From the human T2T-CHM13v2.0 reference genome, Homo sapiens, in the NCBI RefSeq assembly GCF_009914755.1, contig NC_060932.1: 64,000 nt of DNA; one strand, 5' to 3'. The position numbers and the translations under genes are program-made. The notes under the pieces were generated by a model. It was not told the DNA's origin. It saw only the letters and a program-made list of their open reading frames with translations, and did no database searches. This document shows positions 24,428-38,147 of the stretch, piece by piece. Each line of letters begins with the position of its first letter. Position 1 is the stretch's first letter.

Positions 24428-25454
24428 GGCTGAGCCGGCTGGTATTTCCTCTCTTCCCCTGTTTTGCCCAGACACGCAGGCATCACGGTGTCTGCTGGCC
24501 ACATCCTCCACCCAAACGCAAAAGCTGGGAGAGGAGCCTAGAGGGTAGGTAACAATAAGGTCAAGGGCAGTTGCTGCCTCAGAGGACACATCCCAGATGA
24601 GGCACAGGCTGGGAAGGAGCCCAGGGGCAGCAGGGACCCAGGGGGAAGAGAAAGGACAGGGGGAAGAGAAAGGATGGGGGAAGAGAAAGGACAGGCTGGA
24701 TGAAGCCCCCCCACGATTCTTTCTGACCCAGCATGCCCTCCATCCACCATCCCTCAGCCCCAGTCACCAGCGTAGGCGCTCCAAGGACTGGTGTGAACTG
24801 AGGGCATGAGTGCAGCCTGGGGCACAGAGATGACTGTTCTCACTGCAAGCCTATCAAGCCCTCCTGGCTTCCACTCTGTGCTGCCTGAAATGTCTATAAA
24901 TGGTGTCTGTAAGTCTGTGGCGTGTAAAGGCTGCCTTCCTCCTCCCTGATGTGCATAAGGGCAGAGCTGTAAGGTGAATTCTAGCCCAGTGGCGTATGCG
25001 AGCTGGACAGGTAGAGTGCAAGTACTTGCCTCCCTGAGTCTCTGTCTCATCCTGGGAGATAGGGTGACAGTGGCCTTATAGGACTGTTGCTGTGGAGGTC
25101 AAATGGGCTAAGGCCCAGTGCCTTCTGTGTGGCTAGGCTCATGGCTGTAGCATTGCAAGAATCCCAGGCTTTAGTGTCTGCGACTGTGAATTCCAGCATG
25201 GCTAATTATTAGACAAGTAACTGGGAGTATATAACCAAAGTGCCCGGGTCACATTTTCTGTAGCTGCAGAACAACACCTGTTTTGCATAAGACCAGATGG
25301 CAAAATGTGGGAAAATGCTGCACTGAATACAAGTTTGGGTTGACTGGCTCCACCGGGCCCAGGCGTGTGGCAGTTGTGATGGAATCCACTTCACGTCTTC
25401 CTCTGACAGGGTGTGTGTACTCAGCCCAGGAGCTGGGGAGACCTCATGTTCATA

Positions 25455-26707
25455 TTAGTTTGGTGCAAAAGCAATTGCGGTTTCAGACTGTGAATTTTAA
25501 AAAATTATAACTAGGCTCAAATACATTTTTATTAGTCAAAATAGGAACCATTACAATCAACACATTTTTGCCAACAAGAAATAAGTTTGTTTATTCCTGT
25601 AGTGTAAAAATTTGTGTTTCAGGATTTGAGTAACTGTTGGAAAGCATTTTTCTGCATCCTGCTGGTTGCGGAAGTGTATTCCCTGCAAAAAGTTGTCCAG
25701 ATGCTTGAAGATGTAGTTGGTTGGCAAGAGGTTCAGGTGAATATGGTGCATGAGGCAAAACGTCATAGCCCAATTCGTTCAAGTTTTGGAGCATGGATCG
25801 TGCAACTTGGGGTCGGGCATTGTCGAGGAGAGAATTGGGCCCTTTCTGTTGACCAGCGCCAGCTACAGGCATTGCTGTGTTCGATGCATCTCGCGGATTT
25901 GCTGAGCATACTTCTCAGATGTAATGGTTTCTCAGGGATTCAGAAAGCTATAATGGATCAGACCTGCGCAGACCAGACCACCAAACAGTGACTATGACCT
26001 ATTTTTGGTGCGAGTTTGGCTTTGGGAAATGCTTTGGAGCTTCTTCTCAGTCCAGCCACTCAGTTGGTCTCCACCGCTTATCGTATAAAATCCACTTTTC
26101 ATCGCATGTCACAATCTGATCAAGAAATGGATTGTCGTTGTTGTGCAGAATAAGAGAAGATGACACTTCAAAATGATGATTTTGTTTTTTAAATTTGTGT
26201 TTGGCTCATGAGGCACCCACTTATTGAGCTTTTTCACCTTTCCAATTTGCTTCAGATGCCGAATGACCGTAGAATGGTCGACGTTGAGTTGTTTGGCAAC
26301 TTCTTGGGTAGTTGTAAGAGGATCAGCCTCGATGATTGCTCTGAACTGGTCGTGGTCAATTTCCCGTGGCCGGCCACTACGCTTCTCATCTGAACCCCCA
26401 CTGTACTGTGTGTTCATTAGCAGTTCCTGGACCAAATGCGTTGTTGATGTTGCAAGTTGTCTCTGCTGCTTTATGACGCATTTTGAACTCAAATAAGAAA
26501 ATTGCTCAAATTTGCTTTTTGTCTAACATCATTTCCATAGTCCAAAATAAATATAAAATAAATAGCAAGTAACAAGCCGTTAGCCAAAAAAAGTGAGAAA
26601 TGTGCATTGAAATGTATAATATAACCACATTTATTTAGGAAGCTATTCCAATGTCAATCAGCAAATTTCCACAATACAAAAACTGCAATTATGTTTGCAC
26701 CAACTAA
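25455..26707 (-). mobile_element. Near full-length Hsmar1 mariner DNA transposon (defective)
   Basis: TIRs TTAGTTTGGTGCAAAAGCAATTGCGGTTT and AAAACTGCAATTATGTTTGCACCAACTAA. TA target duplications at 25453-25454 and 26708-26709. Transposase fragments RSGRP..AIIEADPLTTT..WVPHE, DNARP, LPHAPYSP. Confidence 0.95.
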
Positions 26708-28002
26708 TAGAAAGCTTTCTATGCAGATGCATGGAAAAGTGGGAGCTCCTAAACAGCAGGGACCAGGCCATATTTCTTATAGTTCTTGCACTCTGGCCAC
26801 TTTTCGCATAGTAGCTGCTCAGTAAATAAGCACAGAATGAGTGTGGCTGTAGTTCCATGTTCAGCTTAACGGTACAACTAAAGTAATTCTTGACCCACAG
26901 CTGGGTTGAGCTATGCATGCCGCTGGAGCCCACTCACTGTGTGGTCCTGTTCGATTCCAGTCATCCACCCACCCATGAGCACAGAAGAGAGGGGTCCTGT
27001 AGAAGTCTAATACCCCTTCTTCTCAGGCCTCTGTTATCACAACATCACCAATTCCCTGCAAACCCTCCCAGAGCTTGCAAAATGCCAAATCCCAAAGGTG
27101 CCATGAAAGGATCCATGGCGCCCTGGATCCCTGGCAGAATCTTTTCCACGGCAGGATCTTTTAAGGGAGTGGTGGAGAGGGTGAACATTTGACTTCAGTT
27201 ATCTTTTTCAGTGAAGAAGCCACTAAAAGTGATTCTACCATGGGAGGGACACCAGTGGAGGAGAGAAGTGGGGAGCACCAGGGGTCACTAGGATTCTGGG
27301 TGCTTTGACTGTATTTTCTCATTTAATTTCAGAACCCCAAATCTGAATAGCACCATGTCAAAATAACTAAAGAGATAAATTTCATGAGAGCTAGAAATAA
27401 TATTGTCATGACGGTTATTATTTAAATATTTTTGGTACAATTTGGGATTTTTTTTCTAAATTCTCATGGCACACCTGAGAGGTCTCACAGAGCACCAGTG
27501 TTTCAAGGAATAGGAAGACATGACCAAGAGTGCAACTCGTGGATGGCTGAGTTCTTGCTTCTGCCTCTGGAACAATGTTTGGTCAGGTCAAAACAATTTC
27601 TTAAGGTGCTTACAAATCTTGACAGCAAAAACATCCATTTTTTAAAAATTTTTTAAAAAGAATGGAAATCTGAGAAGTAATCAAATTCAAAGAAAAAATG
27701 TTATTTTGACGCTCACAAACTGTTGGCAGTTCGGCAATACTATAACATGTACACACCCTTATTATTATTTTTGAAAAATGAGATAATTAAAAGTATTTTA
27801 TGTATGTTTGTTTTATGTTATAAACTTGAAATATTTTTAAATTGCTTATAAACATACATAAAATACATATTAAATATAATGGTTGTAGTTAAACACAGGT
27901 TTCTGTGGCCACTATATCTATATTATATGGAAACTTCAACTTCATCTCTCCCTACCAAAAAGACTTCTGGGAACTTGAAATGTAGTTTAAAAACCACTTT
28001 GT

Positions 28003-28449
<447 letters not shown>

Positions 28450-29162
28450 TAAAAGCCACTTTCTTAGCCAACCTCTTTAACAAAACTAATTTGCAAGAAA
28501 CAGAATCTGGAAACTTAGCGTTTGGTTATTATTCATTGTACCACTCAACCAAAGCTTTACAAATTTTGACTTTGGCATATGACTTCAAAATTTTTAGAAA
28601 GACACACTCTAGCTAGAATTCCCAACTATCTCCTCTGTCTATCCTTCCATTTGAGCAAACATTTTATGCAGCTCTCTGTGGTGGACTCCAACTTTCAGAG
28701 ACTCAGAAACACGGCTGCCTGTGCAATGCTGATATCATAGAGCAATAGAAGCAGCGCCATGAAAGAGGTCCTCTCCTCTACCTGATCATTTTGCAGAGGA
28801 GGCCCAGAGAGGGGGAGGGACGGCATTAATTCATTCCTTTATTCATTCATTTGGCATTTATTGAGCAAGTGTGCTGCAAGTATGCCATTAGGGTGTGGAA
28901 TTACAACCATAAATAAAATACTGTTTCGACCATTTCAGAACATAGTTTAGTTGAGGAAAAAGACACACCAACAACCAAAGCATGATGAGTTATCATAGGA
29001 GCACCTTTCCTTCAGGAAACAGCTGTTGGTCGTTTGTTGTATGCCAGGTTCTGTGCTAGGCTCGGAGAATATAGGGGATAAGTCAGAGAGGTCCCTGGTC
29101 CTGATGGAATTTAAACACACATCAGGAAGTAGATTTGAACAAGATCATGAGAAATGTTGAGT

Positions 29163-29310
29163 GGCTGGTTGTGGCAGCTCATGCCTCTAATCCCAGCACT
29201 TTGGAAGGCCAAGGCAGGAGGATTGCTTGAGCCCAGGAGTTCGAGACCAGCCTGGGCAGCATAGCAAGACCCTGTCTCAAAAAGAAAAGTTAACAAATAA
29301 ATAAAAAGGA
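29163..29310 (+). mobile_element. FLAM / Alu monomer
   Basis: Left-arm monomer with A-tail. Confidence 0.85.
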
Positions 29311-30017
29311 AATAGCGTTCAGCAAAAATGTTGCAGGTCCTCACCACGTTCTTCACAGGCACACGTCGGGGAGAGAAGAGAGGGCATCAGAGGTTGCAGA
29401 CTTACCAACAGCCGTGGTGGAGCCCGTTGGCTCCCTGGAACTCTCGGGACTGCATGGTGTGGCTCAGCATAGGTGGCCTGCGAGGATCTTGGTAGGCAGT
29501 CCACAGAGAGAGGCCTTGTCCTCCGTAGTGATCACTATTTCAGGGATGGACTAGAGGTTAGGTCAAGGAACAACTAAATGTCATAGAGAGTGATGCTCCC
29601 TGCTCAGAGAAGTGGCTCTCTTAGAAAGGGGACATCTTGGTGGCAGGGACTGGCACACCCTGATCTGCCACCGAGCTGACTCAGGTGTGCAGGGCCGGCC
29701 CTCTCTAAGCTGCATAATGGGGAGGAAATGGGCCCCCACGTCTCTGCATTTGCCTTTCCTTCAATACTGAAGGCCATGTGCATAGGGCTGTGTGATTATT
29801 TCAGCAGCGCTTGGCTGGGTAAAGGTGGCAGAATAAACGGAACAGACAGGATGATCCAGACCTAGGTCCGCCTAGACGCATGCATGTGGCACAACGTGTG
29901 ACGGAGCCACTTCACAGCTGCCTTTTTGATAAGCCATTTACAGGACTTCAGGATGCTTCTTGAGGACAATGGGATGTCATCGAAGGTATTGAGAACGATG
30001 TGAAGAAATCGTTTTCA

Positions 30018-30462
<445 letters not shown>

Positions 30463-31049
30463 TAAAAAGATGTGGAGGAAGTAGATTGGAACGAGGGCAA
30501 GGAAGATCCAATGAGACAAGCTGAGTGGCTGTTGTAATGATCTAGGTTGCTGGAGATTTTTAAAAATGTATTTTGTTCACTGTTTTATTCCCAGAACCTA
30601 GAAGAGTGCTTGTTTCCAAATAGACACCCAGTAATAGTTAATCAACAAAATTCAGTTGCTGGTTTGAGGGTCAGTGGAACGTGGGTCCCTTTTACTGACA
30701 CGTGGAATTGCTGATCAAATCTCCTCTTAGCATTATTATTTCCAGTGACTCTGGAGAGGGAGGGCCCTTTTCCAGGCTTTAGGGCCAACTGACAGAGAAA
30801 AATGAAAACCCAGGTACCACAAGGCTGAAAGGTGAAGACGGAGTCATCTCAAATTCTTCCCAACCAGCTCATCAAGATCTGCTGGTTGATATAAATGTGT
30901 TACCTGGAAGGATGACTTCATGTGTTTGTTTTCTGTTTTGAAGAAAGGAAGTGTATTTGGCAAGGGAACTTCTTCCTTTGTTCAGCTCTGGGAATCCTTA
31001 AAGTCAACAGATTTCCAGCAGGTTATACTCAAACAAGGTTGTGTCTCAT

Positions 31050-31285
31050 GGCAAACAAGGCCTTAGAAACAGACAGGCCCAGTTTTGAACACCAGCTCAA
31101 CCATTCTCAAGACATGCGATCATGGGCAATTAACCTATTTAATATCCATGACTCAGCTTTTTCCATCTATAAAATGAAATAATCCTGGTGCCTATATCAT
31201 AGAATTGTTCTGAAAAATAAATGAGATAATATGTGTAGTGCATTAATTAAAACATGGAAGCAATAAGCACTTGCTGGATGTCAGG
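31050..31285 (+). mobile_element. MIR
   Basis: Diverged MIR body (ctcagctttttccatctataaaatg...aaatgagataatatgtg). Confidence 0.7.
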
Positions 31286-33044
31286 GGTCATTACTTCCAC
31301 TACAGTTAAAGTGGAAAATGGAAAGAGGCCTGCTGGAGCCAGATGTCCCCTGGCGGACGCTCTGGTCTGGGGACAGGCGACACACCTGAGTGGCCTATTG
31401 CCTTGTGCTGATGGCTTAGCCTGGTATGTCTGCTGATCACGAGCCAGGAGGAGTGGGAACTGAGCCATAGCCACGTTGGAGGAAAATCCAGGAGCAAACT
31501 CCATGAGAGAGTCATGAAATCTGGCAGTGGAAGGGCTGCCGCCTGGAAGCTAGTGCTTGGTATATCTGCATGAGAAATTAAGGGATCAGGATGGGAATGT
31601 CTTTACGTTAAGCCTTTTCTGCTTGAGGTGACTGCATATGACAGGGGACCCAGAGTGACAGCATAAGCTGTGGTCTCCCTGCAGACTTACATGTGTCGTG
31701 GAGTCTGCGTAGGTGGCAGAGAGCTTGAGTTGCTCCACGGCCAAAGAACCCATGCTCAGTTAAGAGAATGTGAAGACCACACGCTTGGGCCAACCATGCT
31801 GGGCCGGTGTTGGATTTGCAGGCAGGTTCTGAACACAGAGTGTCAGCCGCTACTTAGATTGTTCTTTTTCACATGGGGTCGCCAGTCTGAATGCCTCCCT
31901 GATGGGATCCGTGCTAAAACCCTAGGCAGGGGAAGTGTAAGTTCCCAAATGAAAAGGGTGAGTCACTGAAGTAGGGTCAGAGGGAGGAGGCAGCTCCTGG
32001 GGTAAAACCTGCATCAGAGGTAAAAGGGAAGAGCCTCTTAGCAGGGAGCCGGCTGGCCTTGCTGCCTGGGCAGATGCATCTTTTACTTTCTTATATGTTT
32101 ATCAGTCCAGGAAAATGTAAGCCCAGCGCATTCAGGGGGCTTAACGCCTTTGTTTTCCTGCTGTGTCCCCAGCTTGGAGAAACAGGCCTAGCACAGCAGA
32201 GATGCTCAAGACATATTTGTTGAAGAAATGAATGAATGAATGAATGGATGCAGATTCACTTACGCAGCAATCCCCTGTCAGGTGAGAAGGTAGAGAGTGC
32301 TGCTCTAATCACTTCTCTCTTTACCTCTCTGCCTTACCAAATTCCTCCTATCTTATGAGGTTTAGTAAAAATATCACCATTACCAGCTGTTTTATTTTCC
32401 CCTAAAATGGCTTTTTATCTGTTGTTGACATGTACCTCGGCCCTGGATGGTTTATGGTTTTGCCTTATTTTGCCTTTGTTCGGTTTGGTATGAATTTGAT
32501 ATGAGATTGTAAGTTTTTTGAGGGAGAGGCCATGCCTTAGAATCACAGACCTCTCCAGTCACAGCGTCCCGAGGAAAGGAACTGAGGCTCAGAGAAGCAA
32601 AGCCACACAAACACTACACAGCCCTTTGTGTGTTAAAGTGGCTCCACCATTTCTTTCTGGGGAGACTTGTGACCTTGTCCATAAATGCATTCTTAGCACT
32701 CCTCCAAATGGTAGTGTGCTGGCCTTCTGTGGAGGGATGTGGCCTCCTAAGATGCCTCAACTTTCTCCAGAGGATGACAGCCTTTCACAAAAGCACGTCA
32801 TTTCCAGTTGAACTGTGGTAAAAAGAAACCAGGCGGCATTTCAATGAGAACATAGAGCGTCTGTATCCCAGGCATCTGCTGGGATGTTCCTGTCAATGCC
32901 CTCCCCACAGCACTTACCACAGTTGCAGCAGGAGACACGTTCTGTGTAGAGGATGCTTCGTTCTTTTGGTGCTTTAAAAATTACGCCTGGGTTCAGAGCC
33001 CAGGGTGCCCACCTTTACACGATGGAACCACCAGGAGAGATTAA

Positions 33045-33478
33045 CTGAGGGTCTGACACCTTCTTAGGTCTGATTAGAGACATTTACCGTCTAATCTCCC
33101 TGAAGCCTCCCTGGAGGCTTCATCTGTACAATTAGAACCTTGGTCTCTACAACGCATTATCTTAATCCAGACACTCTTTTCTTTGATTCCAGGTCTTTAG
33201 ATAATAACTCTTTCAACCAATTGCCAATCAGAAAATCTTTCAATCAGCCTGTGACCTGGAAGCCCCCAGTTCGAGCTGTCCCCCCTTTCTGGTCCAAACC
33301 AATATACATCTTACATGTATTGATGAATGTCTGCCTGTAACTTCTGTTCCCTTAAAATGTATAAGATAAAGATGTAACCCAACCACTTCTGGCACATGTT
33401 CTAAGGATCTCCTGGGGCTGTGTCGGGGGCCTTGGCCACTCATATCTGGCTCAGAATAAACCTCTTTAAATATTTTTT
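33045..33478 (+). mobile_element. MER4-group LTR fragment
   Basis: cctgtgacctggaagccccc, ggctcagaataaacctctttaaatatttt. Confidence 0.8.
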
Positions 33479-33539
33479 TAAAATCCCCCGATTAAGCCAG
33501 ATTGACAGGGGAACCTACAGGGAGACATTAAGACATTCG

Positions 33540-33870
33540 TTTTTTGTTTTGTTTTGCTTTGTTTTGTTTTGTTTTGTTTTGTTGAGACAGGGTCTTGCTG
33601 TGTCAGCCAGGCTGGACTGCAGTGGCACGATCATGGCTCACTGTAACCTCAATCTCCTGGGCTCAAGCCATTCTTCTACCTCAGCCTCCTGAGTAGTGAG
33701 AGTACAGGTGTGTGTTACCACACTTAGCTAATTTTTGTTTTTTTTTTTTTTTTGGAGAGACAGGTTTCACCATGCTGCCTGGGCTGGTCTTGAGCTCCTG
33801 AGCTCAAGCAATCTGCCCGCCTTGGCCTCCCAAAGTGCTGGGATTACAGGCATGAGCCACCACGTGTGCT
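33540..33870 (-). mobile_element. AluJ
   Basis: Antisense dimer with (TTTTG)n tail. Confidence 0.9.
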
Positions 33871-35072
33871 GACAACATGAGTTTTCTTCTTTGATATATG
33901 TATATGTTTTTAATGAACTGAACTGTGAGTCTACATTGAGTGACATGATGACAACCAGCCTTCGAAACTCGCTGTGTGGACATTGGTGAGGACATCGTAC
34001 CCAGCATTACACATTGAACAAGTGGGCTTAGAGAAAATGAAGGAAGTTTCCATTCAGGAAGGAGCTAAACCAAACCCCAGTTGTAGGGGACACTATTGTT
34101 CTAACTGAATAGTTAATTTCTTTGGAGCAGGCCAACATGAAAGTTATAGGAATGAAATGTCCATGTGAGGTTCTCAGCAAAACATAAGTAGGAAAAGCAA
34201 CTATTTTCTTTTGGCGTCATGTGCCAACCTGCCCTGTGAATGCTTGGAGGGAGGACAGACTTTTGCTCTGGAGCATTTTCTATCCTCGTGTGTAGCCGAC
34301 ATCCTTAATCAATCCCAGCATGACTGATTTCCTGATTTCTCCACAGCCAAGGTGAATGGGATAAAATGACTTGGACCACGTTTGCATGCGATGGAAGCCT
34401 GGCCACCAGCCTTCCTTTAGGAGTAGCAACCTAGCTTGTCCTAGGGTGCAATAATCTCAAGACCTGGGGTCTAGACAGGAAGAATTCCTCCAAGGAATCA
34501 AATGGGCCTCAAGTTAATGATTTGGGCTTTGCCTCAACCAGAGGCTGGACTACAGAGCAGATCTGGTTTTTCAAACCATCTCTTATGTTCATAGGATTCG
34601 ATTTCAAAGAATTGAGATAGTATCTCAATTCTTCCTTGTAACAACACCCAGAGATAAGAACTACCTTAAATTTTACAGATAAAGATAATGAGACTGAGAA
34701 AGTTTTAAGTGACTTTTTCTACACTAAGTAGCTGAGTGTGGATCTGCGCATGGGCCACTGAACATCAGCCACTGAATGTGGGTCACTTGCCCAAGCCTAC
34801 TGGCCCTGAGGCAAAGGCCAGAGAAAGGAAGCCTTGGAAGAGATAGTGTAATAGGAGCCGTGGAGTGGGGATCTGCACACTGGGCCATGCTGCTTGCAGA
34901 TGTGAGCTTGTTGTGATTTCCCTACTCTTGGGATGCCGCCTTCCTTTCCCCAGGATGTTCTGTACGCGTGCATCCTCCTTCCCTGCTCACTGTGGTGCCT
35001 CCCAATCGGTCACCCCACTTCTGTCCTTTCTCCTCTTTAACCCTTTCGCCACTCAGCAACCAAAGTGATTTT

Positions 35073-35280
35073 TCTTTAAAAAATTATTTTAGTTTGGATT
35101 CAGAGGGTACACGTGCATGTTTGTTACATGGGAATATTGTGTGCTGGTGGGGATTGGGCTTCTACTGTTCCCATTATCCAAAAGGTGCACATTGTACCTG
35201 ATAGATACATTTTCAACCCTCACTCCCTCGCTTCCCAGTCTCCCCTGCTCTTCAGAGCCCCCAGTGTCTTCTATTTCTAT
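35073..35280 (-). mobile_element. L1 3' terminal fragment
   Basis: gggtacacgtgcatgtttgttacatggg. Confidence 0.75.
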
Positions 35281-35821
35281 CAAGGTGAGTTTTCTGAGAT
35301 GTAAATCAGAGATTACGCCATTTCCTTGCTCATTACTCCCTCGTGACATTTCGTGGTACACAGACAAGGAGCACGTCCTCTCCCTTGCACTCACCTTCTC
35401 CTCTGCAGGTGGTTGTTGCCCGCAGCTCCCTGCGCCCGGCTCCTCCTTGCCACTCAGACCTCATCAACACCTTTCCTGATCATCTGGGATGAACGCATCG
35501 CCCCCATGCTACTTTACTTTCTGGAGCTCTCATCCTCCTCCCTCTTTGTTTCCTTGGCCAGCTTTGTTTTTCTTGGCAGCATGGGTGGCTACCTAACATT
35601 GGATGCTGTGTTTAATTGCTTATAGTAGACACTTGTTTAATTGTTCACTCTTCACCCATAAAGGCAGAGACTCCTTTGTCGGTTGGTTGCTGCTCTCTCT
35701 CACCAAAATGTAAGCTCCCTGAGGGCAGGGGCCCTGACTTTCTTGGCCATTCCTGAATTCCACATGGCTAAGGCAATTGCTGATACATGATAGACCTCAA
35801 AAAAATGTTTGTTTTTTTTCA

Positions 35822-36629
35822 ATCAATGAGAAAAAAAGGCAGCGTTTTGAATTGCAATGGAGAGAATAGGGAAATAAAAGCTTCAACCCAGACCTCATCC
35901 CTGGACAGAGAAAATCCCATGTACTGCATATATGGACACCAAGATGGGAACACATACCCCACCCTTCAGTGCATTAGTCCCTCATTCTGTTTCCAAACCT
36001 CACCCCTCCCTCGGCCCCACATCCCTCAGAATGTAGCTCAGTGTCACTTCTACGGCCCACCCTGATCAACTTGTTCATATCCCTTTAAGCACCTACCTGG
36101 CAATTTGGTAACTGTAGATTTCTCTGTCACCCCAACCCTGGAAGGCAGGGGTGGGCTTCTCCATCCCAGGGTCCCTTGCATCGTCCCTGCACATCACAGG
36201 GGCTTGGGGAACACCTGATAAATGATGAGGAGAGTGGATGAGTGACTAGCAAAGCCTGGAGTCAACTTTTGATGCCCTGAAGTCAATAAAATGACACAGG
36301 ATGAAAAGGTCAAAAAGTTTCTTCAACGGCTCCTGCAGGAAGCATTTGAGGAGAGGAAATGATATTACTCAAACAGCATTGACTGTATTTGCTACTGTAT
36401 TTTCTATATTCTTGATGCTGTGGTGTTTGGTGCCTTGATCCTGTAGGGACTGCCCATCAGGATCAGTGAGGAAAAAAAGACAGTGTTTTGAATTGCAGTT
36501 GAGAGAATAGGGAAATACAGGCTTCAACTCAGGCCCTGCCCCTGAACAGAGAACATTCCCATCTACATAGAGGGACACCAAGATGAGGACACATGTCCTG
36601 TCCTTCAGTGTATCGTCCCCCTCATTCTG
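35822..36629. repeat. Dispersed direct duplication: 35822-35989 and 36462-36629
   Basis: gttttgaattgca..gagagaatagggaaata..gcttcaac..ggacaccaagatg..ccctcattctg is present twice. Confidence 0.92.
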
Positions 36630-37090
36630 CTAGAGCTAGCAAGCAGCTCCCTGTGAGCACACTCACCGAACCAGAGCCCATACCCTAACTACCTTCTCTA
36701 TCAAACTTGCGCATACCAAGTAATATTTCCCCGGCCTGCCCTAAGTCACCCTAGAGCCATGTACCAAAAAATCAGGGGTCACCCCTACAGCTCAGAGCCT
36801 GTCAAAATTATCCCAAGTATCCAATTCTAAGCGTGGGGACCTAGGAGACCTGCCCTGCTTCATCCATTCCTTGCTGTGAGAACCCAAGGAAGGCTCTGGG
36901 CCATGCTCTCCCCTCTTCCTGCTGCTGCCTCCTGACGCATCGTGGTGATTCCCTCATGGCCTGGTGTGGCGGCCACACCCCCTGCTTCTGGGAATCTGTG
37001 AGCTTCAGCTTCTTCCTTCATAATATCACTTCATGCGTGTGTGAGTTTACCATGACTAATTAAAACAAACTCAAGCATTTTTAGAACACA
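36395..37090 (+). mobile_element. Old ERVL-class LTR (MER74/MER73-like) carrying a ~165-bp local insert
   Basis: gatgctgtgg..ggggactgccc / ctagagctagcaa motifs interrupted at 36462-36629. Family assigned from memory. Confidence 0.55.
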
Positions 37091-37300
37091 GATCCTGTTC
37101 CGATGCTTTTTTGCATCCCCCAAAAAATAAATCCAATGAGGTCATGCATTCGATATACCTAAGAGACAGTGATCAACTTGCTAGACATCTTTCTATGCAA
37201 ATAAAGCATAAAAATGATGTACAAATCTTTACTTAGCCAAAAAAATGTTTCTGGTGGATTTTATGCAAGAAGATGGAAAAAGAAAATGATGATCATGGTT

Positions 37301-37537
37301 CAAAATGTTCTAGTTTCTTAGGGTTCAAAGTACAGGGAAAAAAAGAAAGAGAAAAAAAGTATTTAAAACAGAAAGAAAAAAATTTAAAAAAAGAAACAAA
37401 AAGAAAATAACAAAATGTTCTTGCTAGCTTCTTGGGGTTCAAAGTAGAAGACAAAAAGAGAGAGAAAAACATAGTTAAAACAAAAAGAAAAAAATTAAAA
37501 AAAGAAACAAAAAGAAAATAACAAAATTTTCTTGCTA
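37301..37537. repeat. ~110-bp A-rich tandem duplication (2.2 copies)
   Basis: Units start caaaat(g/t)tt at 37301, 37411 and 37522. Confidence 0.9.
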
Positions 37538-38147
37538 CAAAAGGAAAAAAGACAGTCAAGGGGCCTGACAATATCCAGGGAAGAGAGAGACACAATCTGC
37601 TCCTACTCTGCAGTCCTGTGTGTGTTTGTCCATGTGAGTCCTCATAGCAGACCAGTCAGAGAAAAAAGTCATCTTGGCATCACTTTCTAGAGTTAATCAT
37701 TTCATTTTTCTTAAGTTAATTAAACTATTTTTTTCTTAATGGGAGAGCGTCATAGTTTTCCCCTTTCATTCTTTGAGAGGTAACCATGTCCTCCCTGAAG
37801 TGGCAGAAACCTCTGTTGACTGCTCCTATCTGAAAGGAAATACAGTCCCTCTCCCCTTCAGGAGAATTTATGCTTTTTCCACTAAAGATGCGGATATTAC
37901 TTACATTCCTACAGTGCTTTAAAATTTTGATGATCTTTCAAGTCCATTTTGTCATCTAATTCCTCCAATAAGCAGTGATATAGGCAGAGTAGAGAATGTT
38001 TTTACCCATTTTACAGATGGAGCTCGAAGATGAGATAAAAGACTGAGGCTTGGAGATAAGGCCACTTTTTCCCCGTTAACTTGACCAAGATCAGCTGCCT
38101 AGAAAGTGGTAGAGAGGAGACAAGAAACACAAGGCAGCAGGGTTCAG

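Noticed and set aside
24016-24589. Cys/Val-rich and His/Thr-rich ORFs (also at 3107-3638 and 26-565)
   Set aside because: Translations of CA/TG and GA/TC microsatellites, not defensin or metallothionein motifs.
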